Shown: positions 36,833 through 49,352 of the stretch, piece by piece | Numbering within the stretch: position 1 is the first letter of the stretch | How the letters are laid out: every line of letters starts with the position of its first letter | From: Adineta vaga | Taxonomy: Eukaryota > Animalia > Rotifera | Assembly: GCA_021613535.1 (NCBI GenBank) | Contig: CP075492.1 | Span: 11,904,001 to 11,968,000, forward strand | DNA length: 64,000 nucleotides | Reading direction: 5' to 3' | Translations under genes and position numbers: made by a program | The notes under the pieces: generated by a model | What the model saw: only the letters and a program-made list of their open reading frames with translations | The model's database searches: none | Told to the model about the DNA's origin: nothing

Positions 36833-38994
36833 ATGCCTGGACATTTTATTAACGAAATTCATTCATGTGTAGATGATTCATTAGTTGGTTATGTTCGTAC
36901 GCATAGCCATTTAGAACTCGCCGGTCGAGCGGTTATTACACGATCACCCATACCATCTGTTGCTATTATCAGTGGAAATGGATCGGGCCATGAACCAGCG
37001 ATGGTAAGATACCTGAGATAATAAATTATTGAAAGATGTTTGAAAGATATGCTTAGGTTGGTTTTGTCGGTCGTGGAATGTTATGTGCTTGTAAGATTTT
37101 TCGAAAAAGACAATATGGAATATAGAATAGATTGTTTATTCTTTCAGCTATTGCGGGTTCGATATTTGCATCACCACCTTCATCGGATATTTTTCGATTG
37201 ATTGTGGAATTGAAACGTCGTGGAGCAAAGCAAATACTTTTGATTATCCTTAATTATACGGGCGATCGACTTAATTTTGGTTTAGCTATGGAACGTGCTC
37301 GAGAATTAGCAATCGATATTGATATGTTAGTTGTCGCTGATGATGTTGCAGTAAGCAATCCAATTGGGTAAATAATTAAAAAAACAATGTGTAGATGAGA
37401 AACAGCCGTATATTGTTGTGAACATTTGTTTTGTAGACCTCGTGGTTTAGCAGGAGCTCTATTAGTTATCAAGGTGGCAGGTGCATTAGCTGAAGAAGGG
37501 AAAAATATGAGTGAAATTGTTGATGTTTGTCAACAAGTTCGTGGACATTTACGTACCATTGGTTTATCTGCTTCTGGTATCCGAGCACCAGGTCAACAAC
37601 AATCATTTGAAGTTTGTTTCCGTCGTATTGATTCTTTTCAAACATATTTGACAATTTTCTTTGATTTTAGTTACTCGATGATGAAATGGAACTCGGTATG
37701 GGTATTCATGGTGAAAGTGGTGTTCAAAAATTAAAATTATTACCATGTCGTCAGGCAATTGATTTAGCATTAGGCCAATTATTCAATGGACCGGGTACAT
37801 TAGATCTCAAACCGGACAATAGTGTACTTTTATTCGTAAATAATCTTGGTATGTATTGATTTGTACGATTTTGTTGAAGTCTTCTTTTGTTATTATAATT
37901 TTCTAGGTGGCTGTTCAAATCTTGAAATAGGTATTATTGTTAAAGATGCTATTGAAAATTTAGAACGTCGAAAATTTCATGTTAAACGTGTCATTTGTGG
38001 TGAGCTGATGACTTCATTTAATATGAGAGGTTTTTCATTAACTGTACTTAAAATTGCATCGGATATGAGTACAACAATTTTGAATTTACTTGATTCATCA
38101 ACGGATGCATTTTCATGGCCAAAAACAATTAGTGCAACACAAGCAGCAAATAGTATTCAAGCATTATCAGATTCGTTAGAATTCAATGATCAATTCAGTG
38201 CACAACTTGTTCTCAGGTAAAAAAAGATTTTATTAAATAGAGACAAATCAAATTATATTGATCTTCTAGTGAATCACATCTGTCATTCGATGCATCAGTA
38301 GCTGATTTAGTTAAACAAGCTTTACATGCAGTTGTTCGACAACTTCACAATGATGCTGATGCACTTAATCATTTAGATGCTGTATTAGGTGATGGTGATA
38401 CAGGTACAACATTTACTCGTGCTGCCGATACTATTGCGCGTGATCTTACTAATGGAAAATTAGCATTCGATCGTCCCTCCTCACTATTTCGTCGTCTTGG
38501 TCTTATCGCAGAAAGTCGGATGGGTGGTACCTGTGGAGCAAGTAAACAATAATTTTGCTATGATTTTCATCTCAATCGTTTTTTTCTTAGTTTGTGGTTT
38601 ATTTTTTGCGGCAGCTGCTAAGCAATTATCTCTATCAAATCATTCAACGAAAACTATTGAAAGTCTTTGTGATGCATTCGAAGCTGGTATACAATCCGTT
38701 GAATCATATGCACGTGTACAACCAGGTGATAAAAGTTTATTAGATGCACTTATTCCCGCTGTCGATTTTATTAAATCTAAACGTGCACAACAAACATTTA
38801 CAGTGCACGATTGGAAAGAACTAGCTATTGTAGCTGATCGAGCCGCTCAGGAAACAAAAACTTTTGCACCAAAAGTTGGACGAGCTTCGTATGTTAAAGC
38901 AGTCGACATTCATACAGCTGATCCAGGTGCTTGTGCTATTGCACTTATTCTTAAAGCTATCAGTGATGTTTTTATTAAATCATCTAACCATTAA
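36833..38994 (+). CDS. TKFC: Dihydroxyacetone kinase / triokinase-FMN cyclase (DhaK + DhaL domains)
   Basis: ISGNGSGHEPA, GSIFASP, NYTGDRLNFGLA, RGLAG, ELGMGIHGE, LDAVLGDGDTG, MGGTCG, GDKSLLDAL, GRASY, DPGA. Confidence 0.95.
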
Positions 38995-39494
38995 ATCTCA
39001 TTTATACTGCAATCTAACACAACTTTATATTGACATCTCATTTTTTTCTCTTCGACATTTTTTTTTCTTTATTCAGCTGCATTCCAAATTGATTCTTTTT
39101 TTCGTGGCAATTTATTAATATGTATTTGAGTTTTAATCGAACGTTGTTCTTTTTGAATATTATCAAAGATAATAAAGAATTATTTCATAAGATTCGAAAA
39201 TAACTATCCATCAAAAGTAAGCACGAAACTTTGCTTTTACAATCTGAGATGTACTGATCGAATTTTCATGATTGTATACATATAAGTCGAAATCTGTCGG
39301 TGATTTATTTCAAAACATATAACTTTCGTATTCTCCTGTCCTTTCATCGGATACGCAAAAAAGAAAACAAATAACAATCAATATGATTTTCGTTTTGTCA
39401 TACGAGAAAGAATACATAAAACAATACTAACAAGAATGAAAATATCTGTACATATACACAAACACATTATCGATCAAATCTCAATTAAATTATC

Positions 39495-42400
39495 TCATTC
39501 TGGTGAATCAGATTGGAGAACTTTTTTTATCGTTATACCTAATATATTTGAATTGTTCGTACTAATAACATTGTATGTGCATGGTGATTGTACTTCTTCA
39601 ATTGGATCTGTCTCTTTTGTTAGCTCTGATGCCGTTGATGAAGAAAGAATATCAAAAACATTCGAATCTTGTTCCATTATTTTCACAGAATCATTATTAT
39701 CGATTGAAGTGGTGTTTTCTTCTACAAGACGAGTCGGTATTTTCACTGATCTTGTTCGTGTACGACGCAATTCATTGAATGACATAAATAATGTTCGTAG
39801 ATGTTTTTCGATCTGATCACGTTGAATGATTGTTACGAATGGTAAATTATCATCATTATCATCAATAGAACGAGGTTTTTTCACTGTTCGAGGAGTGATC
39901 GAACGTGGTCGTATACTAGATTTACCATATTTATAACGTTGTCGTTTTTTATTATTTTTTTTTGAATTCATTGAAAAAATCATTGAATCATTGACTGTTT
40001 TTTTCAATAAATCTTCTTTCGAATCTGTCGTTGAATTCACATCATCTTCATTCTCATGATTTTGAGTATCAGTATTTGTAAATGCTACTGACGATTCATA
40101 ACCAGATGAACATGAAGGAATGGTGTCATCAAGTTGAATTCTTTCATCATTACAATCACTGGAATCAACAATAACAAATGAATTATCAACATCTGATTGA
40201 TGTAAATCTTCAATTGGTTGTTCTTCTTCCACAGAAGCAACTACAGGCATGACATCATCGTCATTGTCATCATCATGATCACTGACTATCGGACATGTTA
40301 GTTGACAATTTGGTGATTTCATTGAAATATCATTGATGACCAATGTATTTGAATTATTTGGAAGTAAAGGTTCGATATCAAGTGAGAGAGTATCCGTAGA
40401 TGGATTTGATTCATTGATAATTGATGGCGAAGGTTGAGAACGAGTTATTGGAACTATAGTTTTACGTTTTTTGGCTCCTGAAATCGATATGAATATATGA
40501 GAAGAAAAAACTATAATACACATACCTGCTAATATAGATGCTTTCGTCATCTGTTGTTGGAATAATTCATTTTCTGATGTTGGTAGTAAAGTCATATTAA
40601 TTGATCCATGTTTTAGATCATTCAATAGTGCAATACATCTTTCAAGATGTCGTTGATAAATAAAATCATCATCATCACCCTCAACATAATCGGAATGATG
40701 TTTCAATACTTTTTTTTCTTCGTCATCTAATTTAACCAATGGTAAAAGTAAATTTGTTTGACACCATTGAATAAACTTATGATAGTCAATATCGAACGAA
40801 AATTGTCGAAAGATATTTTTAATCAATATTTTCCAATCATTGACGGGTGTATCAACTGATTTTACAATTGCATTTAAGGAATGACGATCATGAAAGATCG
40901 TCTTTACTTCTGGTTGTTTTATCGATTGAGTTTGTTTCGATGAGGAATAATTATAAAATGATGGATGATGAATCATTGGATTGACTACGACATTCGTTGG
41001 TGGACATTTGCTTGATTTACATGTTGCTGCTGACGACACAGCTAGAAAGATGAAGAAGAAGAATGTTTTGAAGTAAAAATTTTTATCATACCAATAGGCT
41101 TCGATGAGGATGATGTATTGTTTATAATTGCATTCGATAATTTATTCTTTTCATATTGTTGATGTTCATGTAATGTTCGAAAATGAATCGGTGATTGTAA
41201 ATTTGAACATTTTATATTAAATATATCAACAAGTAATGTATCATGTGTGAGTGGTGATGTATCAATAGAAAAGTAGATGAATAGTAAATTGATATAATCA
41301 ATTTCATATTGTCTTGGTGCACGTGCACTACGTTTTGCTTGTAGAAGTATATTGGGTAATGTTTGAAATGTATATAATAATGGAACATAAAAACGATTAT
41401 TTTGAACAATATATGGAATCAGTCTATTATCATTCATTAACAGTGCTCCACCTTTATGTGTTAGAACATTTGCATGATATTTATTCACTTGTGTTCGTGG
41501 TTGTTTCGTAGGTAAAAATTTGATGTATAGAATACGATCGATACCAGCCATCACATGATAGAGATTGACTAGTAGTGTTTTTTCTGGAACTTTTTCATCG
41601 AAGATATTAATATTTGTAATGAGACTATTTAAAATGTCAAAATCTTGTTGCGTAGCTTTGATAAGTAATTTTTTGAATGAAAATTCTTGATCCGAAAAGA
41701 TGTTACATTTAATAAGAATTTCATATGGTACATAAAATTCACGTTGTAATTGAGGAATTGGTTGACGTGAACGAGATTTTATTGAGTCATTGTCACGTAG
41801 TTTCATTTTGACAATATATGGTATGAAAACATTATTGATTTGTACCCAACCTGATTGTTTTGAATTAGTTGAAGATTGTTCCTGTTGACGAGCTATTTGT
41901 AAGGAAACATCTGAAGTATTGGGAAGTGATTGAATTTTAGATGAATTTTTCATAGATGAAGTAACTTGTGTAGGCAATTCAAATGATGATACGTTCGATT
42001 TTGATGGAAGCGCAGGTGAGAGTGTTGTTGGTGGTCGTGATGGTAATGTAGCAATAGGATTTTTAAATGTCGTTGACGATATTGAATCGCGTAATTTTCG
42101 TAATGTATTATAAAACTCTAGAAGATCTTCGTAGCGAATAAGACAATCTGTCGTTGGAATTGTTTTACAATGGACACTTGCTAAATGCCATTCAACAATT
42201 GAACGAAATAATTTTAATTCAGATTCGGTATATGAATAAGAAACTAGCGGTGGGAGAGAACGAGCTAATACTAAATGTCGTTGCCAAGATTCACTTTGAA
42301 ATAGAGTATTTTCCACATACATTTTCGATGTATAACGATGACAGAGACTATTTTCATATCTGAAGGCAGAATTACAATGATAAATATGTTTGAAAAATGT

Positions 42401-44351
42401 TTTCTTCATTTATACCTGTAGATCACTGGTAAATATCTTCCTTCGATTTCTTCCCATGAAAATTGATTTAGACGACTTGTTTGATCCATTGTTGATGATA
42501 TGTAAGATTTTCTTATTGTGGAATTATTTGTTGTTATGTTACTTAGTAATTTTGTCATTTCTATTGGATCGACAAGAGATTGATGAGGATAAGGATGTTG
42601 TGCGTTGATATGATTAAAGTGATGCATATTTAGAGGAGGAGGTGGAGGAGCTGCAGTAATTACTTCTGATAGATGCAGATTTTTAACCATGGCTAACTGT
42701 TGTTTATTCTGAAGATTTTCAAATTTAATTGGTGATGTCATATCTGTTGTATTAGACGAACATTGACGATCATCTAAAGACGAAAACAAACATAGATAAA
42801 CTAAGGTCGAATAAAATAGGTACTTATGGTAGTTACAGAAAACGTTTAATTTTCATGTACTTGTATGTTATCGTATAGTCTATTTTTAATGTTCTTGATA
42901 AGAGGGAAATTTATCTGAAGTACATAAAGTTTTTCTGATATTTTTCTCATCTTTTCAATGCAAATCATGTGAATTTTAATGTAAACGAAGGGCTAAAGAG
43001 TAGGGCCCGACCCTTCGTTGTACTTCTTCATTCTCTCGATAACGATAGCAGTAAGGACGGCTACCATTTTCAATCGTTCGCTCTCTCTGTCTCTCTCCCA
43101 ATGCTGCCTTTTCTACATCAAGAAAGTATGTACGCTTTTGCCTGTAACATATTACACATTAAAGTGCGAACAAAAAAACCTCGTGTATAGAAAAGGAGGA
43201 AAAGAAGAGACATAGCCGACGTCGGTGTTGTACGTACCACGAAGAAAAAAGCTGATTGGCTTTGTAGGAAAAGTTTTCCATTCATAACAGATAGTGTATA
43301 AGAAATAATTCTACAACTATTTTTCTTCTTCTTCTTCTTCTTAACAATGATCAATCTATCAAAATGGTACGATTTTCAAAATCTCATCTTATGACAAATA
43401 TAAATTCATACTTATTAACCTCATCTCCAACATTGTCGAACCATAGAAGATGAGCGAAGATTCAATGATAAATTTCAGCCAATGTGAGAAAGATTCTTTC
43501 TGATAGTATATGTTTAAAACAAAATACGGCGGAACTGTACACAAGTTTTCATTTGATGATTATTTTGTAAAAACAACTACATACACACATGAGTTGCTCA
43601 TAGCAACAGAGAAAGTATCTTATACACAAGTACACATACATTGTTTCTTGACAACTAGAAAACATTTAATGAAGACACATCTTAGAAAAACGATTGTTAA
43701 AGTCATTGAAAACTTTCTCCTAGATTAACGTTAGTTACAAAGTATTCTTTCTCAAATAGTAAGTTGAGAAAAGAAAAACTTAAGCACTCAAACGAAAAAG
43801 GAAACTGTATCTTTAGTAAACGAGATTTTGAAGGGGCGTGTATGTGTACTTGTTAAATAAAAAATAATATGTAGAACAAGCATTTTACCAATGAGAAAAG
43901 TACACGCGTATTTTGAAAATTTCTCTCCCACATTCGTTATCTTTTTTCATTATTTACTAATAACTGTGCTTTTAAGGAATAAGTAAAACTAAATTTTATA
44001 CATTTTTGTATAAAATTCCATCGACTTACCCAATTCAATTGAATGATTCGATAAAATTTTTCGATTTTGTCGTCGCCGACGACGATGACTATCAACAGAG
44101 ACTATATCATGTCTTGAAAGATCGTCAATAATCGGTGGATGATTATGTTTGATCGTAAGAACTGGTAATGATCCATTGCCAACTAGTTGATGTGCACGAC
44201 CATTACAATGTGATCGATCTTCACATCGCCAATAGATCGTACGATTTTGAATTTTATCTTGTACATAACGATGACCGCAATATATCAAACAAGGTTTATG
44301 GCGTTTTGTTTCAGCAAGAGAATATTCATTCGATTGAATCTCTGTTGCCAT
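39495..44351 (-). CDS. FLYWCH zinc-finger protein with four putative Ski/Dach-like repeats (5 exons)
   Basis: The FLYWCH exon (LIYCGHRY..IYWRCEDR..CNGRAH..HNHPP) ends at a phase-1 donor at 44029 (GTAAGT), matching the phase-1 acceptor at 42774. Further short introns join ORFs 42406-42789, 41042-42409 and 39495-41039. Confidence 0.65.
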
Positions 44352-46144
44352 AATTGTTGTAAACAAAGGCGTACAAAGTTTGATTTCGTTACCTTTTTTT
44401 CCTGTAATTTCAGCTATACGTATAACTGTGAACTTGCTGTAATATGTTAATTATTCGACGAAACACAAGCACTACCCCCACTTGTCAGCCCCACGCACGC
44501 ATATGTGGAGTGAGCACGGCTTCTCTCGTTCTCTTCGTTTTTCTTCTTCTTGTTCTTCTTCTTTTTTTTGTGATTCTTTTATACGTTCGCACTTTTTTCT
44601 AATATGGTCGTTTCTATCGATCTATTTTAATACTAGGCAACGATTTTGTAGTAAACAATATTCATAACATTCTATTAACTTTTATGGTCAATTGAAATAT
44701 TTTCTAATTATGGTATATATTGTTTTTCTTTCTTCTTCACTTTTTTTTCGTTTCATTTGTCAACATTGATGCGGTGTCTTGACAATAAATATACTTCTCA
44801 ATTTTTGTTCTTCAATAGACTTAAAAGTGAATGGCAATCGATTCGTGATGTTTTTCTCTATTCGCTTTCGATTCTTTTGCACGCAAAGAACCTCTTCCAT
44901 CCGTTCGTTGCTTTTATTTATTCGAATTTCTTTTTCTTGTTCTATTTCGTACCCTTATCGTTTTACATTCGCAAATTCTGTCCTATAGTGCATGTAATAG
45001 AAAGGTTTGTGGAGGAGAGAAGAAAAAAAAAGAAATGCACCGAGAAAATGTATGTTACAGCGAGTAAACCCTCGTTTGTACTTTGACGTAGCATTCAACA
45101 TAGTAACTAACAATGTTAGCCCATATGACAAGAGGACGATGTGAACGGACAGAACAGAAATGTGTCGTTGACTTGCCGTCACAGAGCAAGAAATGAGCAT
45201 TCAACTTTATTGTGTTCTCTCGCCCAATCTAGTCATCCAATCATTTTTCGTCGAACGAGTACACGGTTAAAAAATGATCTGACTTGCATGTTTACTGTTG
45301 GCTGATAGCCAAGTGTGGGGCAAATTTTAGGGCAAAAGTGAAAATACAGAGAGAGAGAGGGAGAGAAAGCAACAAGAAGAAAGAAATGACAATTTTCTAT
45401 GTCGACATTCAACTTTGGCAAAATGATAATAATAGAAAAAGTTTTAGCCAAGGTCAAACAAAAATTTCTCATGAAGAATTTATTCAAGGCAAAAGTCGAA
45501 GTCTTTCTACACTATAATCTAAAATACGATGACATTATGATTTTCTTTCAAATTCTAACATTCAGCTTCAAATGATTGAATAGATAAAATAAAAATGATG
45601 TTCTAAACGTTTCAATGGAACTATCTGATACTCAAGGATTGATTCTATGGAATTCATGAAAAATATTTCACGATAAAAATTCTTTTTTTTTCTCAGTTAT
45701 ACTATAAGTGTAAATTGACCTTGTATCTTACTTGAGTAGACAACAACAAGGACAATCTAGCTTTGTTGTATATTTACACATGATTCTCGAAAACTTCGTT
45801 TATTTCATCAATGAAAAAATAAAGTGTCAATGATTATTGTCATACCTTTTCTTAAATTCATCTGTACATGTCTATAACCGGTTGATAAAATACACATGTA
45901 CAATTAAACATCTAAAATTAAGAGAAGAAAGTTATTCTTAGAAAAGAATAAAGCATCAACAATTGATATTTCCTTCTTTTTTTTCATTCTATCGAGCGTT
46001 GGAAGATAGACGTCAGCAGTGAGGCATATCCATCGAGGAGGATAAATTCGACAAAATTGAACGGACGAATTTTCATACTATTGTCAAAAAGAGAAATGTC
46101 TGCTATATAGACATTGTGATTTCATTCATCTACATTGATGTACA

Positions 46145-47784
46145 ATGTCTCTAGTGGCAAGTTTCTCTTTAGAAACGAACTCAATAGAAATTAAACATCG
46201 TTATTTATGTTCCTTTTGTCATTCTCTACTTGTGAATCCAAAATTTATTGCTTGTGGTCATCAATATTGTTCTCTTTGTCTTGAAAAAGTGCTTAAGTAA
46301 GATCTATCTATTGAATAAAATCTTTTGTTATTATCAAATTCTTTAGAACTCAACCAGCTAGATGTACAGTAACTGATTGTAATAGTATAATCACAAAAGA
46401 AGGAGTAAATTATAGCGAACAAGTTTTAACATTATTGATATGTGATTGTTTTGTTTAGATTTATCCAAATATACCTATGGAAAGTGAATTAGAACGTTTC
46501 ACAGATATTCTTTGTCGTAATCATTCGAATGGATGTGCTTGGAAAGGAAACTATCTATCCTATAAAGTAAGTTTGTCGTATGTTCTGTATTCAAATGATC
46601 TCATTTTTCCTATCAAGAATCATCTTGAAACGTGTCAATTCGAACGTTTTCAATGCGAATGTTGTTCAACAACTTTTCCTCAACGACTTGCATACGAACA
46701 ACATTATGTAATTTGTCCAAAAGCACTTGTATCCTGTCCATTAAGTCAATTTGGATGCAATGTTCAAGTAAGTTTTCCAAAAGGACAGAACATAATTGTT
46801 GCTCATCAACCTACAAAAGCATAGTGTGGATGCATGATTCTTGAAGCTATGCGTTAAAATTCGTATGTACTCATTCATTTCTTTTAGTTACTTCGAGAGG
46901 ATCTTTCCAATCATGTTCTATCATCATCAGTCGAACATCTACAAATTATTGCAAATGTTCTTTCAACTCATCAAACTGAACCACAGATTCTATCTCCACT
47001 TTCAGTTTCCAATCCTATTGAATTGAATTCTCTAAAAACTGAACTACTTCGATGTACTCAATTTCATGAACAATTCCGTTCAGAACAACAATCTCATCAA
47101 GCAATGCTTATGAAACATGAACGAGATGTTAGTCGTGCTTTAGTTAATTCTCAATTGAATAAAGGTGATATTTGTACATTAGAAAAAAAAGTTCCTTCAT
47201 TGAAATCTTCCAATCATAATGATGGTACTTATGTATGGATTATTGAAAATATTCAAGATTTATTTCGTAATGCAAAAAATGCTCCTCAACCAATTCATCT
47301 TATCTCTTCTCCATTCTATACAGCAAATGATGGATATAAACTTTCATTGAAAGTATATTTAAATGGTGATAAATCTGTTCGAGATACTTATCTATCTGTA
47401 TATGTAACAATGCGTCGAAATGATTATGATGCTTTATTAAATTGGCCATTTATTTATCCAATTACATTATGTCTTTTCGATCAAAGTATCAAACATGATC
47501 ATGTCGTACGAACATTAACACCTGATATTGAAAGTAAATGTTTTCATCGACCAGAAATGGATGCAAATATAAGTGCTGGCATACCTGAATTCTGTCCATT
47601 ATGGAAAGTATTTAGTAAAGAATTTGGCTATGTACGAAATGATAAGATGTATATTAAAGCATGTGTTGATTTCAATATATTTCCAACAAAAATTTGGTCA
47701 CATTGGTCAAAATTACAATCCTGTGGTTTACCTAATCATATACAATATATAAAATTAAAAGAATTATTAGATAATGAACAATAA
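46145..47784 (+). CDS. TNF receptor-associated factor (RING, TRAF zinc finger, coiled coil, MATH)
   Basis: RING CSFC..CGHQYCSLC; CRNHSNGCAWKG; CPLSQFGC; MATH motifs DGTYVWII, SSPFYT..GYKL, YDALLNWPF, FHRP. Confidence 0.93.
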
Positions 47785-47836
47785 AACTGATTGATTTATG
47801 AAAATCTTTGCTTTTTGCTTTGAAATATTTATTTCA

Positions 47837-49352
47837 TCATTGAAGAGACAAGAATCCATGGAATGTTAATAATAAAAATAGCAGTAAGATAGAATTGAGT
47901 TGATTGAGCATTACGGCCATTGATATTGGTTGTGTTTGATGGGATGATATTTTATTCGTCTCTATATATGAAATATTGCTTGAATTGATCAGATCAGTTT
48001 CGTTTCTTGTAATGTTTATCAATTGAATGGGACATGTTTCTTGTGATGAGATTGAATTCGTACGATTCCATTGACAGAGATGTTCTTTTTTCTGTTGTAA
48101 ACAAAAATCTAATGTACAATTTGAAAAAGAATTTGTTATTTTCGATATAAAATATTGATCTTGTCCTTGTTGTGTACATGTTAAATCCCAAAAATCGATT
48201 AGATAGTTTTGAAATTGTATTAAAATACAATTACATTGTAAATTAATATTATAATTTACATCGATAAGATTTCGATTTGTAATATTATGATCTAATAATT
48301 GACATAGTAAGTCGGAAAATGTTTCCATTGAAAAAAGATTATTCGAACGAAACGATAATTTTTCTAATGTTAAAATATTGAGAAAACAAAATGCACGAGA
48401 TGAAATTGTATCTAAGTATTGATTTGAATCGAAATCAATAATACGTATGGCATGAAGATTTGATGTAAGATAATCATTTAAATATCGAATATGATTCGAT
48501 GAAATATTCCAAATTTCTAAAGATGAACTGAATAAATTTGGAAGATATTCAATTGAATTCGAAGCTAGATTTAATATTTGTAAATAATTTAATGTTCGAA
48601 TGAAATCATTCTCAATGAAATAAATTCGATTTTGAATTAAACGAAGTTCAACTAAACTTGTTAAACCATCGAATATATGATTACATAATACTGTTAAGTT
48701 ATTTGAGCTTAAATCAAGAATTTTGATGTAATAATGAGATTGATTGTCAGTTAATTTTGATAATGTTGAGAGACTTGAATCATTGATTTGACAGGCAACA
48801 GCATGAAATTCTCGTAAGAATGGTACTTGATGAAAGATTTCACCAAGATTTAAATATTCAAATGGATTATTGGATATATCAAGAATTTCTACAACGAAGA
48901 AATCATAATAATCTTCGAAAATCAATACATAACTTACCTAAACTAACACCAGGTGATGTAAATACATTCGCATGTAAATCTGTCAATTGATTTTGATTAA
49001 TTAATAATTGTCTTAGATTTTGTATTTGATCAAAAGCAGTTACATCAATTGTTTGTAAATTATTCAAATGTAAATCTAATTTTTCCACATAAATATCCGA
49101 AAAGACATAACTATCAATAGATGTGATTGAATTCAATGAAAAATCCAATGCATACCAACGCATATTATTTGGTAATTTTGGTAAGAATTCTAATTGTATA
49201 TTATGGCAATGTAATTGAGATTCATTGCCAGAATGATAACATTGACAACGTTCAGGTAAAATTAAATGTGTACAATCCGATAGAAGATATTGATTTGTTA
49301 AGTTTTCAGTTAATATCAAATGAATTATTGTGAAATAGAAGAGATATTTCAT
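47837..49352 (-). CDS. Secreted/GPI-type leucine-rich repeat protein (2 exons)
   Basis: Signal peptide, LRRNT (LPERCQC), about 10 LxxLxLxxN repeats, LRRCT (NLQCNC..LTC), hydrophobic C-terminal tail. Confidence 0.88.

Noticed and set aside
43989-44366. FLYWCH ORF as part of an active Mutator-like transposon
   Set aside because: No DDE transposase, terminal inverted repeats or TSDs nearby, and the exon splices in phase to a host gene.
44400-45520. Numerous 60-110 aa ORFs in the divergent FLYWCH/TRAF intergenic region
   Set aside because: These are F/S/K-rich translations of T/C- and A/G-rich promoter or UTR sequence with no domain signal.
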